Source of the DNA: Solirubrobacteraceae bacterium
GTDB lineage: Bacteria; Actinomycetota; Thermoleophilia; Solirubrobacterales; Solirubrobacteraceae
Length of the DNA stretch: 64,000 nt
Assembly (NCBI GenBank): GCA_035524055.1
Contig: DATKPO010000052.1
Coordinates: 2,040 to 66,039 of the forward strand
Direction: 5' to 3'
Part shown: one piece after another, positions 49,154-59,235 of the stretch
Layout: each line of letters opens with the position of its first letter
How positions within the stretch are numbered: position 1 is the stretch's first letter
Program-made: the position numbers and the translations under genes
The notes under the pieces: generated by a model
The model's database searches: none
The model's input: the letters and a program-made list of their open reading frames with translations, nothing else
What the model was told of the DNA's origin: nothing

Positions 49154-50514
49154 CCGAAGCGCTGCTCTTCAAGGACATCGACGAGCCCGGGTTGAGCACG
49201 CTCGACGTCTACAAAGCCCGCGGCGGCTACGAGCAGCTGCGCCGGGCGCTGCGCGAGATGACCCCCGAGGCCGTGCTCGGGGAGCTCGAAGCCTCCAACC
49301 TGCGCGGCCGCGGCGGCGCCGGCTTCCAGATGGGCAAGAAGGTCTCGTTCCTGCCCAAGGGCACGATGGACAAGTACGTCGTCTGCAACGCCGACGAGTC
49401 AGAGCCGGGCACCTTCAAGGACCGGGAGCTGATGCAGAAGTGCCCGCACATGCTGATCGAGGGGATCGTCATCGCCTCCTACGCCGCCGGGGCGAGCCGC
49501 GCGTTCATCTACATCCGGGGCGAGTACGTCCTGCAGGCCGACATCCTCGACGCCGCCCTGAACGAAGCGCGCGAGGCGGGCTTCGTCGGCGAGGACATCC
49601 TCGGCTCCGGGCACTCGCTCTCGCTGGTCGTGCACCGCGGCGCCGGCGCCTACATCTGCGGCGAGGAGACCGGCCTGCTCGACTCGCTGGAGGGCAAGCG
49701 CGGCAACCCGCGCCTGAAGCCCCCGTTCCCCGCCAACCAGGGCCTCTACCAGGGGCCGACGCTGATCAACAACGTCGAGACCCTCTGCACGGTGCCCGCC
49801 ATCATCCGCATGGGCGGCGCCGAGTACGCCGAGCTCGGCGTGCAGACCTCCACCGGCACCAAGCTCGTCTCGGTCTCCGGGCACGTCCAGAAGCCGGGCA
49901 ACTACGAGATCGAGCTCGGCATCCCCTCGCGCGAGATCATCTACGGCCTCGCCGGCGGGCCGCCCGAGGGACGCAGCGTGAAGTGCTGGTTCCCCGGCGG
50001 CTCATCCTCCCCGGTGCTCACCGGCGAGGATCTCGACATCCCCTACGACTTCGACTCGATGGCCAAAGCGGGCACGATGCTCGGCTCCGGCGCGGTGATC
50101 GTCGTCGACGACTCCACCCCGATTCTCGACGTCGCGCTGAAGGTCGCCAAGTTCTACCGCCACGAGTCCTGCGGCAAGTGCACCCCCTGCCGCGAGGGCA
50201 CCAACTGGACGATGAAGATGCTCGAACGCATCGACAACGGCGAGGCGACGCCGATGGACATCGAGATCATGGCCTCGGTGCAGGAGCACATCATCGGCAA
50301 CTGCCTGTGCGTGCTCGGCGACGCCATGGCGATGCCGATCGGCTCGATGATCGCCAAGTTCCGCGACGAGTTCGAAGCCCACATCGAGCAGGCCCGCGCC
50401 CGCAACGGCCTTGGGGCCGCGGCCGCCTCGGAGAGCGCGCTCGCCGCCCACGGCGCGCCGCTGGCCGGCGTCGGCGCGCAGCCCGCCGGGCCGTATCCGT
50501 CGGAGGCCCACTGA
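49150..50514 (+). CDS. nuoF: NADH-quinone oxidoreductase subunit F
   Basis: 'RGRGGAGF', 'NADESEPG', 'GAYICGEET', 'ESCGKCTPCREG'. Confidence 0.97.
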   Translation: MTEALLFKDIDEPGLSTLDVYKARGGYEQLRRALREMTPEAVLGELEASNLRGRGGAGFQMGKKVSFLPKGTMDKYVVCNADESEPGTFKDRELMQKCPHMLIEGIVIASYAAGASRAFIYIRGEYVLQADILDAALNEAREAGFVGEDILGSGHSLSLVVHRGAGAYICGEETGLLDSLEGKRGNPRLKPPFPANQGLYQGPTLINNVETLCTVPAIIRMGGAEYAELGVQTSTGTKLVSVSGHVQKPGNYEIELGIPSREIIYGLAGGPPEGRSVKCWFPGGSSSPVLTGEDLDIPYDFDSMAKAGTMLGSGAVIVVDDSTPILDVALKVAKFYRHESCGKCTPCREGTNWTMKMLERIDNGEATPMDIEIMASVQEHIIGNCLCVLGDAMAMPIGSMIAKFRDEFEAHIEQARARNGLGAAAASESALAAHGAPLAGVGAQPAGPYPSEAH

Positions 50515-52997
50515 TGCCGCGCCCGCAACCGAAGACGATCACGTTCACGATCGACGGCCTGGAGGTGCAGGCGCCGGAGAACGCGATGCTGGTCGACGCC
50601 GCCAAGCACGGCGACGTCGAGATCCCGGTCTTCTGCTACGAGCCCAAGCTCGGCAACCCGGTCGGCGCCTGCCGCATGTGCCTGGTGGAGATCGAGGGCA
50701 TACCGAAGCTGCAGACCGGCTGCTCGACCCCGGTCAAGGACGGGATGGTCGTCCACACCCAGACAGAGCGCGTCAAGACCGCGCAGAGCTCGGTCGTCGA
50801 GTTCCTGCTCATCAACCACCCCCTCGACTGCCCCGTCTGCGACAAGGGCGGGGAGTGCCCGCTGCAGGACATCACCTTCGGCTGGGGCAGGGGCACCTCG
50901 CGCTTCATCGAGCCCAAGCGCCACTTCGTCAAGCCGCTCGCGCTCTCCCCGCTGATCGCGATCGACCGCGAGCGCTGCATCCTCTGCTACCGCTGCGTGC
51001 GCTTCTCCCAGGAGGTCTCCGAGGACTACCAGCTGGTGCTGCTCGAGCGCGGCGCCCACTCCTACGTCTCGACCTTCGACGGCCACCCCTACGTGGCGCC
51101 GTTCAGCGGCAACATCGTCGAGCTCTGCCCAGTCGGGGCGCTGACATCGCGCGCCTATCGCTTCCGCGCCCGCCCCTGGGACATCGAGGACTCGGGCTCG
51201 GTCTGCACGCTGTGCCCCTCGCAGTGCAACGTCCGCTTCACGGTGCGCGACGAGCGCGTCCTGCGCGTCCAGGCCCGCGACCACGACGAGGTCGACGACG
51301 GCTGGCTCTGCGACAAGGGCCGCTTCGCCTACCAGTCGATCCACGTCGACGAGCGCGTCACCCAGCCGCTCGTGCGCGACGGCGGCGAGCTGCGCCCCGT
51401 CTCCTGGGAGCGCGCCCTGGAGGAGGCAGCCGCCGGACTGCGCCGGGCCGCCGGGCGCGTCGGCGCGCTTGCCGGGGGCGACGCCACCAACGAGGAGGGC
51501 CACCTGCTCGCGCGCCTCATGCGCGAGGGCCTGGGCTCGGAGCACCTCGACACCGTCGCCGGGATCGCCCCCGCCGAGCTGCACGAGCTCGCCGACCCCG
51601 AGCTGCAGGCGACCGTGCCCGACCTCGAGCTCGCCCACACCGTGCTCGTCCTCGGCACCGAGCCGGTGCGCGACATGGCGATCCTCGACCTTCGCATCCG
51701 CAAGGGCGTCCGCCGCCACGGCCTCAAACTCGCGCTCGCCACCCCGGGCGTGTCCGCCCTGGACTCCAGCGCAAGGCTCTCGCTGCGCTACGCGCCAGGC
51801 CACGACGCCGACTTCGTGCAGGCGCTGGCCGCCGCGCTCTACGGCGGCGACGTCGAGCAACACGCACGAACGTGCCAGGCCGACGCCGGGGAGCTGCGAG
51901 CGCTGGCCGAGCTGCTGCGCACCGGCGGCGAGGAGGTCGTGATCCTCTACGGGCAGAGCGTGCTCGCCGACCCCGCCCAGGCGAGCACGGCGCGCGAGGC
52001 GCTGCTGAAGGTTGCCCGCGGGCTCGGCCTCGCCGGGCGCCCCGGGGCCGGACTGCTCGCCGTGCCGGCCGCGGGCGCAAACGGCCGCGGCCTGCTCGAG
52101 GCCGGCTTCGCCCCGGGCTACGGGCCGGGTCTGCAACCTGTTAGTGCCGTCAGTGATGGCACAAATAGCGATTCCGCCACACAGGCCTCTTCGACCCCGG
52201 GCGCGGCCATACAGGCGCCTACCGCCGGCGAGACACCAACCGCGCCCCGGGCTCTGGACGCACACGGCATCGGCGCCGCCCTCGCCGCCGGCGAGCTGAG
52301 CGCGCTCTATCTGCTGAACGTCGATCCCCTGCGCAGCGGCCTCCCGCACGCCCGATGGGATGCCGCGCTGGAGAAGGCCTCGACCGTGATCGCCCACGCC
52401 GGCTTCCTCACCGAGGGCCTGCGCGCCCACGCCAACGTCGTCTTCCCGGCCGAGTCCTACGCCGAGAAGGAGGGCACCGTCGTGCATCCCGACGGGCGCC
52501 TGCAGCGCCTGCGCCCCGCGATCGGCCGCCCGGGCGAGACGCGCGCCGGCTGGCAGGTCATCGCCGAGCTCGCCCGCCGCTGCGGCCACGACCTCGGTGT
52601 GCTCACCGGCGCGATGGCCTCCCAGCAGCTCTTCGCAGCCGTGCCGTTCTACGCCGGCCTCACGCTGGAGGAGATCGGCGGGCGCGGCGTGCGCTGGCAG
52701 GAGCGGCCCGCCGCGCAGGCCTTCCCCGCGCCGCCGTCGGAACGCGCTCAGACGCGGGCTGGCGCGCCATCCTCGGACATCGCCCAGACGCGAGCCGTGC
52801 AAACCAACCCCGGCGCCAACGGCGCCCATCCCCAAAGCCATACCCCGCCGTCGATCTGGGATTCGCCCGAGGTCGAGCACTCGCCGGCGCTCAGGTTCCT
52901 CTTCCGCCGCGGCCTCGCCGACGCGCGTGGGGCGACGGTGCCGGCCGACCCCGAGACGGTCGCCGCGGCCGCGGCACGGGAAGGACGGCCCGCGTGA
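50514..52997 (+). CDS. nuoG: NADH-quinone oxidoreductase subunit G
   Basis: 'GACRMC', '[15 protein letters not shown]', 'RCILCYRC', 'CPVGAL', 'WLCDKGRF'. Confidence 0.96.
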   Translation: MPRPQPKTITFTIDGLEVQAPENAMLVDAAKHGDVEIPVFCYEPKLGNPVGACRMCLVEIEGIPKLQTGCSTPVKDGMVVHTQTERVKTAQSSVVEFLLINHPLDCPVCDKGGECPLQDITFGWGRGTSRFIEPKRHFVKPLALSPLIAIDRERCILCYRCVRFSQEVSEDYQLVLLERGAHSYVSTFDGHPYVAPFSGNIVELCPVGALTSRAYRFRARPWDIEDSGSVCTLCPSQCNVRFTVRDERVLRVQARDHDEVDDGWLCDKGRFAYQSIHVDERVTQPLVRDGGELRPVSWERALEEAAAGLRRAAGRVGALAGGDATNEEGHLLARLMREGLGSEHLDTVAGIAPAELHELADPELQATVPDLELAHTVLVLGTEPVRDMAILDLRIRKGVRRHGLKLALATPGVSALDSSARLSLRYAPGHDADFVQALAAALYGGDVEQHARTCQADAGELRALAELLRTGGEEVVILYGQSVLADPAQASTAREALLKVARGLGLAGRPGAGLLAVPAAGANGRGLLEAGFAPGYGPGLQPVSAVSDGTNSDSATQASSTPGAAIQAPTAGETPTAPRALDAHGIGAALAAGELSALYLLNVDPLRSGLPHARWDAALEKASTVIAHAGFLTEGLRAHANVVFPAESYAEKEGTVVHPDGRLQRLRPAIGRPGETRAGWQVIAELARRCGHDLGVLTGAMASQQLFAAVPFYAGLTLEEIGGRGVRWQERPAAQAFPAPPSERAQTRAGAPSSDIAQTRAVQTNPGANGAHPQSHTPPSIWDSPEVEHSPALRFLFRRGLADARGATVPADPETVAAAAAREGRPA

Positions 52998-54016
52998 TCC
53001 TCGCCGACGTCGCCTACTACGAAGAATGGTGGATCCAGGTCATCAAGGCGATCGTCATCTTCGCCGTCGCCCTGCAGCTGGTGCCGGTGATCCTGATCGC
53101 CGAGCGCAAGCTGCTCGGCCGCTTCCAGGGCCGCTACGGGCCCAACCGCGTCGGCCCCTACGGCGCGCTGCAGCCGCTGGCCGACATCCTCAAGCTGTTG
53201 ACCAAGGAGCATTCGCGGCCGACGACGTCGATCGGCTTCCTCTTCGCGGTCGCGCCGATGATCTCCATCCTCACCGCGGTCGCCGCCTTCGCGATCATCC
53301 CCTTCGGCAACGTCCAGAACATATTCGGCACGCCCGTCGGCCTCTACGGCATCGACGTCTCGATCGGGCCGCTGTACCTGTTCGCCTTCGGCGCCGTCGC
53401 CTTCTACGGGATCATGCTCGGCGGCTGGTCCTCGGGCTCGAAGTACTCCTTCCTCGGCGCCATGCGCGGCGCCGCCCAGCTCATCTCCTACGAGGTCTCC
53501 CAGGGACTCGCGCTGGTCGGGGTCATCTTCACCGCCGGCACCCTGTCGTTGACAGGCATCGTCCAGGCGCAGGCCGGCATGTGGTACATCGTGCCCCAGT
53601 TCTTCGGCTTCATCATCTTCCTCGTCGCCAGCTTCGCCGAGACCAACCGCGCCCCGTTCGACCTGACAGAGGCCGACGCCGAGCTCGTCGGCGGCTACAA
53701 CACCGAGTACGGCGGCGGGCGCTTCGCCTCCTACTTCTTCGCCGAGTACCTCAACGTCCTCGTCGTCTCCGGGATCGTCACCACCGTCTTCCTCGGCGGC
53801 TGGATGATGCCCTTCGGCATCCATCCCCCCGGCTGGGTCGACCCGTTCGTCGTGCTCTTCAAGATGGCGATCATCTCGTTCTTCTTCATCTGGGTCCGCG
53901 CCACCCTCCCGCGCCTGCGCTACGACCAGCTGATGAGCTTCGGCTGGAAGATCCTGCTGCCGCTCGCCACGCTCAACACGCTCGTGACCGCGATCCTCGT
54001 GACGGTGACCCACTGA
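52994..54016 (+). CDS. nuoH: NADH-quinone oxidoreductase subunit H
   Basis: 'ERK..GPNRVGP', 'ISYE', '[11 protein letters not shown]', 'PRLRYDQ'. Confidence 0.97.
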   Translation: MILADVAYYEEWWIQVIKAIVIFAVALQLVPVILIAERKLLGRFQGRYGPNRVGPYGALQPLADILKLLTKEHSRPTTSIGFLFAVAPMISILTAVAAFAIIPFGNVQNIFGTPVGLYGIDVSIGPLYLFAFGAVAFYGIMLGGWSSGSKYSFLGAMRGAAQLISYEVSQGLALVGVIFTAGTLSLTGIVQAQAGMWYIVPQFFGFIIFLVASFAETNRAPFDLTEADAELVGGYNTEYGGGRFASYFFAEYLNVLVVSGIVTTVFLGGWMMPFGIHPPGWVDPFVVLFKMAIISFFFIWVRATLPRLRYDQLMSFGWKILLPLATLNTLVTAILVTVTH

Positions 54017-54564
54017 TGCCCTGGGATCCCGGCAAGGACGTCGTCGAGGTCGTCCGCGGGCCGCGCCCCGGGGCGGCCGGCGGCGCCTACCGCGCGTTCG
54101 GCGAGACCCTGCGCGGGCTGAAGACGACGTTCGCGCGGATGATCGAGGGGCCCCACACGATCCAGTACCCCGAGCAGAAGGTGCCCGTCTACCCCCGCTT
54201 CCGCGGGCGCCACAAGCTGCACCGCTTCGATGATTCGGATCCCACCCACCCCAACCTTGAGAAGTGCGTCGGCTGCTCGCTATGCGCCGCCGCCTGCCCG
54301 GCCGACTGCATCCGCGTCGTCGCCGCCGAGAACACGCCGGAGAACCGCATCTCGGCCGGCGAGCGCTACGCCGCCGTCTACGAGATCAATCTCTCGCGCT
54401 GCATATTCTGCGGCTACTGCGAGATCGCCTGTCCCTTCGACGCGATCACCATGGGCCACGACTACGAGCTCTCCGACTACGACCGCTCCGACCTCATCTT
54501 CACCAAGGAGATGCTGCTCGCCGAGCCCGTCGAGCGCACCCCGCTGAGAAACGAGGGGGAGTGA
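54016..54564 (+). CDS. nuoI: NADH-quinone oxidoreductase subunit I
   Basis: Two CxxCxxCxxxCP motifs; 'RFRG'. Confidence 0.96.
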   Translation: MPWDPGKDVVEVVRGPRPGAAGGAYRAFGETLRGLKTTFARMIEGPHTIQYPEQKVPVYPRFRGRHKLHRFDDSDPTHPNLEKCVGCSLCAAACPADCIRVVAAENTPENRISAGERYAAVYEINLSRCIFCGYCEIACPFDAITMGHDYELSDYDRSDLIFTKEMLLAEPVERTPLRNEGE

Positions 54565-55286
54565 GCGCCCTCCTCTTCTTCATCGGCGCCATCGGCGCGA
54601 TCGGAGGAGCGGTCGGCGTCGTCGTCCTGCGCGACCCCTTCTACGCCGTGCTCGCGCTCGTCGGACACCTGCTCTCGCTCGCCCTGCTGTTCCTGCTGCT
54701 GCGCGCCGAATTCGTCGCCGCCGTGCAGGTCGTCGTCTACGCCGGCGCCGTCATGGTGCTCTACGTCTTCGTCGTCGCCTACGTCGGCGAGCAGGAGGTC
54801 TCATTCGGCGACCGCCTGCGCCGCGGCGGCGGACCCGTCGGCTCCGGGCTGCGACTCGGCGCCGTGCTCGTCGGCGGCGCCGTGCTCGTCGAGCTCTTCA
54901 TCGCCCTGCTCGGCAGCGGCCTGAAGGCGATCGACGGCTACGGCGCCGGCTACGCGCCGGGACCGCGGACCTACGGCACCCCGGCCTGGATCGGCAACCT
55001 GCTGCTCACCCGCTTCCTGCTCGTCTTCGAGATCTCCTCGTTTTTGCTGCTCGTCGCCGCCGTCGGCGCCGTCGTGCTCGCCCGCCGCCGCGGCGGCCTC
55101 GGCGAGCCGCCCGCCGAGCTCACCCCGCTCGGCCTCACCCGTCCGCTCGGCACCGGCACCATGGCCGAGGGCGTCGAAGGCCGAGTCACGCCGCGCCCGG
55201 CCCCTCACGCGCCCGCCCCCGCCGGACAGAGCGCCACCGAGGGCCGGGTGCCCCCGCAGACCCCCGTCGGGAGCGCCAGCCGGTGA
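54561..55286 (+). CDS. nuoJ: NADH-quinone oxidoreductase subunit J
   Basis: '[19 protein letters not shown]', 'FEISSFLLL'. Confidence 0.95.
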   Translation: MSALLFFIGAIGAIGGAVGVVVLRDPFYAVLALVGHLLSLALLFLLLRAEFVAAVQVVVYAGAVMVLYVFVVAYVGEQEVSFGDRLRRGGGPVGSGLRLGAVLVGGAVLVELFIALLGSGLKAIDGYGAGYAPGPRTYGTPAWIGNLLLTRFLLVFEISSFLLLVAAVGAVVLARRRGGLGEPPAELTPLGLTRPLGTGTMAEGVEGRVTPRPAPHAPAPAGQSATEGRVPPQTPVGSASR

Positions 55287-55582
55287 GCATCGCCTGGTAC
55301 CTCGCTGTCTCCGCCATCGTCTTCGCGCTGGGCGCCGCCGGCGTCATGACGCGGCGCAACCCACTCGTCGTCCTGCTCTGCCTGGAGCTGATGCTCAACG
55401 GCGCCAACCTCGCCCTGATCGCCTTCGCCCGCATGTGGGGCAACGGCGACGGCCAGATCCTCGCGATCGTCGTCATGACCGTCGCCGCCTGCGAGGTCTG
55501 CATCGGGCTCGGCATGATCGTCGCCATCTACCGGCGCAACCTGCCTATAGATGTCGATGAGCTGAGGGAGCTGCAGGGCTGA
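55283..55582 (+). CDS. nuoK: NADH-quinone oxidoreductase subunit K
   Basis: 'RRN..LELMLN..VAACE'. Confidence 0.96.
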   Translation: MSIAWYLAVSAIVFALGAAGVMTRRNPLVVLLCLELMLNGANLALIAFARMWGNGDGQILAIVVMTVAACEVCIGLGMIVAIYRRNLPIDVDELRELQG

Positions 55583-55617
55583 TGCCTGAGCACATCCACT
55601 CAGGGGGGCTCGTGTGA
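55582..55617 (+). CDS. Bridging mini-ORF (11 aa) between nuoK and nuoL
   Basis: MPEHIHSGGLV; TGATG overlap at its start, GTGA overlap at its end. Translation is unproven. Confidence 0.4.
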   Translation: MPEHIHSGGLV

Positions 55618-57623
55618 GCACCACCACCTACGGCTGGCTCGTGCTGCTGTTCCCCCTCGTCGGGACGCTGATCAGCACCTTCGGCTTCCGCATCTGGCCC
55701 GGCCGCACCGCCGGCTGGATCGCGACCGCCGCGATCGGGCTCGCCTTCCTCGCCGCGCTCGGCGCGCTGATCTCGCTCCAGGGCCACGCCGCGACGGACC
55801 GCGAGCAGACATCGGCGCTGTGGAGCTACGCCGTCACCGCCGGCGTCGACGCCCACGTCTCGATCCTGGTCGACCCGCTGTCGGTCTACATGATCCTCGT
55901 CGTCACCGGGATCTCGACCCTGATCCACCTCTACTCGGTCTCCTACATGACAGAAGACCGCGGCTTCGCACGCTTCTTCGCCTACCTCAACTACTTCGTC
56001 TTCTCGATGCTGCTGCTCGTGCTCGCCGGCAACTTCCTGCTGCTGATCGTCGGCTGGGCGTTCGTCGGCGCGGCCTCCTACCTGCTGATCTCCTTCTGGT
56101 ACCGGCGCACGACGGCGACGGCGGCGGGGATCAAGGCGTTCGTGATAAACGTCCTCGGCGACGCCGGGCTGGTGCTGGGGACGTACTTCATCTTCAAGCA
56201 CACCCACAGCCTGGAATTCCTCAAGGCGTTCGCCGCCGCCCCGCACGTCTTCCACAAGAGCGAAGCCGACATCGTCGCCGGCTGCATCCTGCTGCTCGTC
56301 GGCGCCTTCGCCAAGTCGGCGCAGATCCCGCTGCACACCTGGCTGCCCGACGCGATGGAGGGCCCGACGCCGGTGAGCGCCCTGATCCACGCCGCCACGA
56401 TGGTGACCGCCGGCGTGTACCTGATCGCGCGGATGCACGTCTTCTTCGAACTCGCCCCCGCCGCCCAGGACGTCGGCGCCGTGATCGGCGCCCTGACGCT
56501 GCTGATCGCGGCGACGATCGCCCTGACGCAGACCGACATCAAGCGCGTCATCGCCTACTCCACGATGTCCCAGATCGGCTACATGATCATGGGCGTCTCC
56601 GTCGGGGCCTACGCCGCGGGGATGTTCCATCTCATGACCCACGCCTTCTTCAAGGCTCTGCTGTTCATGGGCGCCGGCTCGATCATCGGCGCGATGGGCG
56701 GCGAGCAGTCGCTGGAGAAGATGGGCGGCTTTCGCAAGGCGATGCCGTTCACCTTCGCCTGCTTCATCATCGGCGGCCTCGCCCTGTCGGGCATCCCGCC
56801 GTTCTCGGGCTTCTTCTCCAAGGACGAGATCCTGCTCGTCACCGCCGAGCGCGGCGGCTGGCACTGGGCGCTGTACGTGATGGGCTACATCGGCGCCTTC
56901 CTGACCGCGATCTACACCTTCCGGATGATCTTCCGTGCCTTCTACGGCGACCCGGTGCCCGAGGCGCGGGAGCTGGAAGGCGGCCATCTGTACCACCCCG
57001 AGCACCCGACCAACCCCGCCAACGGCGAGCTCGAGGACACCGACGTCGGCTTCCCCGGACCGCACCACGCCATCGCCGAGCGGGCGCTGCCGATGAAGAT
57101 CGCGATGAGCCTGCTCGCCGTCGGGGCGATCGGCGCCGGCCTCGTGCAGATCCCCGAAGTCGACGACGTCATCGTCAACTTCCTGCGGCCCACCTTCGCC
57201 GGCTCCCCGCTCTACGAACCGCACACGCGCGACGGCCTGTTGATCTTCGGCCTCTGCCTCGGCACCCTGCTCGGGTTGACGGGCATCGCGATCGCCTACC
57301 GCATCTGGGTCAAGGACCCCGCGATCGCCGTACGGATGCGTGAGCGCTTGCAGCCGCTCTACAGGCTCTCCTTCAACAAGTGGTACTTCGACGAGCTGAT
57401 CGGGGCGCTCGTAGTCGCCCCCGCCGCCGCCACCGGACGCTTCGCCCGCGACACCTTCGAGCGGGTCTTCGTCGACGGGACGCTGATCGGCGGCAGCACC
57501 GCCGTCGTACGCGCCGGCTCGGCCGCCGTGCGGGCCGTGCAGAGCGGCTTCCTGCGCTACTACGCCGCCCTGCTCCTGCTCGGCGTCGGCGCCGTCGGCC
57601 TCTACTTCCTGCTCCAGTCCTGA
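55614..57623 (+). CDS. nuoL: NADH-quinone oxidoreductase subunit L
   Basis: 'KSAQIPLHTWLPDAMEGPTPVSALIHAATMV', 'HAFFKALLF'. Confidence 0.97.
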   Translation: MSTTTYGWLVLLFPLVGTLISTFGFRIWPGRTAGWIATAAIGLAFLAALGALISLQGHAATDREQTSALWSYAVTAGVDAHVSILVDPLSVYMILVVTGISTLIHLYSVSYMTEDRGFARFFAYLNYFVFSMLLLVLAGNFLLLIVGWAFVGAASYLLISFWYRRTTATAAGIKAFVINVLGDAGLVLGTYFIFKHTHSLEFLKAFAAAPHVFHKSEADIVAGCILLLVGAFAKSAQIPLHTWLPDAMEGPTPVSALIHAATMVTAGVYLIARMHVFFELAPAAQDVGAVIGALTLLIAATIALTQTDIKRVIAYSTMSQIGYMIMGVSVGAYAAGMFHLMTHAFFKALLFMGAGSIIGAMGGEQSLEKMGGFRKAMPFTFACFIIGGLALSGIPPFSGFFSKDEILLVTAERGGWHWALYVMGYIGAFLTAIYTFRMIFRAFYGDPVPEARELEGGHLYHPEHPTNPANGELEDTDVGFPGPHHAIAERALPMKIAMSLLAVGAIGAGLVQIPEVDDVIVNFLRPTFAGSPLYEPHTRDGLLIFGLCLGTLLGLTGIAIAYRIWVKDPAIAVRMRERLQPLYRLSFNKWYFDELIGALVVAPAAATGRFARDTFERVFVDGTLIGGSTAVVRAGSAAVRAVQSGFLRYYAALLLLGVGAVGLYFLLQS

Positions 57624-57643
57624 TGCCTTCGCCCGAGTCCTGA
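57623..57643 (+). CDS. Bridging mini-ORF (6 aa) between nuoL and nuoM
   Basis: MPSPES; TGATG overlaps at both ends. Translation is unproven. Confidence 0.35.
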   Translation: MPSPES

Positions 57644-59235
57644 TGCCGCCGCTCTCGATCCTCATCTGGCTTCCCGCCGCCTGCGGCCTGCTGGGCGCGG
57701 TGTTCGCATTGCGCAGCGAGCGCATCCCCGGCCTGATCTCGCTGCTCGGGTCGCTCGGGGCGCTGGGGCTGGCGATCGCCTACCTCGCCGATTACAAGAC
57801 CGGCGGCGGCCTGCAGCAGGTGACGAACGTGAACTGGATCCCGACGCTCGGCATCCACTACAAGCTCGGCGTCAGCGGCCTGAACGTGCTGCTGGTGGGC
57901 CTGACGACGCTGCTGTTCGCGGCGGCCGTCCTGTCGGCGAACATGCGCAGCTGGCAGCGGCCGCGCCTGTTCTACTTCAACTTCATGCTCGCCGAGTCGG
58001 CCGTGCTCGGGGCGTTCCTGGCGCAGGACCTGGCGCTGTTCGTGGCCTTCTTCGACCTGATGCTGGTCCCGTTCTACTTCCTGATCGGCGGCTGGGGCGT
58101 GGGCCCGGACCGGGTGAGGGCGACGATCAAGCTCGTCATCTACACGCTCGTCGGCTCGCTGCTGATGCTCGCCGCGGCGATCGCCGCCGGGGTGCTGGCC
58201 TCCGAACAGCATGGGACGCCGCTGACGTTCGCGCTCTCCTCGCTTCAGCATCTGCCGCTGAGCCGGGGCTCTCAGGAGTGGATCTTCGTGTTCTTCGCCG
58301 CGGCCTTCCTGGTCAAGATGCCGGCGTTCCCGCTGCACGGCTGGATGCCCGACGGCTACCGGGCGATGCCGACGGAGGTGCTGATGGTGTTCTCGGGGGT
58401 GCTCTCCAAGGTCGGCGCCTACGGGTTCCTGGCGATCGTGCTGCCCCTGTTCCCGGAAGCGGCGGTGCACTTCCAGCTGGTGATGCTGCTGATCGCGCTG
58501 GCCTCGATCCTGTACGGCTCGGTGATGGCGTTCACCCAGAACGACGTCCGCCTGATCGCCGGCTTCTCCTCGGTGGCGCAGCTCGGCTTCATCACGCTCG
58601 GGGTCTTCGCGCTGAACCCCCAGGGCGCCCAGGGGGCGCTGCTGCAGATGGTCAACCACGGCCTGGTGGTGGCGCCGCTGTTCTTCATCATCGCCCTGCT
58701 CGCCCAGCGGGCGGGCGGCTCCCAGGACATCCGCGAGCTCGGCGGCATCGCCTTCCGCGCGCCCGTCCTCGCCGGGCTCTTCCTGATCGTGGCCCTCGCC
58801 ACGCTGGCGATGCCGGGCTCGTCGAACTTCGTCGGCGAGTTCCTGATCCTGCTGGGCGTCTTCAAGGCGAAGCTGACGATCGCGATCATCGCCTTCGCCG
58901 GCGTCGTCATGGCCAGCGTCTACGCCCTGCGGATGTTCATCCGCTCGATGCACAACCGGGTCGGCAGCGGCGTGCAGCCGCGTGAGCTCACACCGCGCGA
59001 CGGCCTGGTGCTGGTCCCGCTGGTGCTGGTGATCCTCTTCTTCGCGTTCTACCCCCAGCTGGGGCTGACGCGCAGCGAAGCCTCGGCGAAGGCCGCCATC
59101 GCACCGGCGCGGGCGGCGCTGAGCGCGCCGAAGGTGGCTTCCAGCGAAGCGCCAGAAGCCGCGCGCGCAACCGCGGAAGACCAGGACGAAGCCGCACAGG
59201 CAAGCGCCGCCCAGGAAACAGAAGGCGCACGATGA
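57643..59235 (+). CDS. nuoM: NADH-quinone oxidoreductase subunit M
   Basis: 'VKMPAFPLHGW', 'QMVNHG', 'PGSSNFVGE'. Confidence 0.96.
   Translation: MPPLSILIWLPAACGLLGAVFALRSERIPGLISLLGSLGALGLAIAYLADYKTGGGLQQVTNVNWIPTLGIHYKLGVSGLNVLLVGLTTLLFAAAVLSANMRSWQRPRLFYFNFMLAESAVLGAFLAQDLALFVAFFDLMLVPFYFLIGGWGVGPDRVRATIKLVIYTLVGSLLMLAAAIAAGVLASEQHGTPLTFALSSLQHLPLSRGSQEWIFVFFAAAFLVKMPAFPLHGWMPDGYRAMPTEVLMVFSGVLSKVGAYGFLAIVLPLFPEAAVHFQLVMLLIALASILYGSVMAFTQNDVRLIAGFSSVAQLGFITLGVFALNPQGAQGALLQMVNHGLVVAPLFFIIALLAQRAGGSQDIRELGGIAFRAPVLAGLFLIVALATLAMPGSSNFVGEFLILLGVFKAKLTIAIIAFAGVVMASVYALRMFIRSMHNRVGSGVQPRELTPRDGLVLVPLVLVILFFAFYPQLGLTRSEASAKAAIAPARAALSAPKVASSEAPEAARATAEDQDEAAQASAAQETEGAR

Noticed and set aside
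49053-52997. 1314-aa NuoG
   Set aside because: The first 487 codons overlap nuoE/nuoF in another frame; the supported start is the TGATG overlap at 50514.
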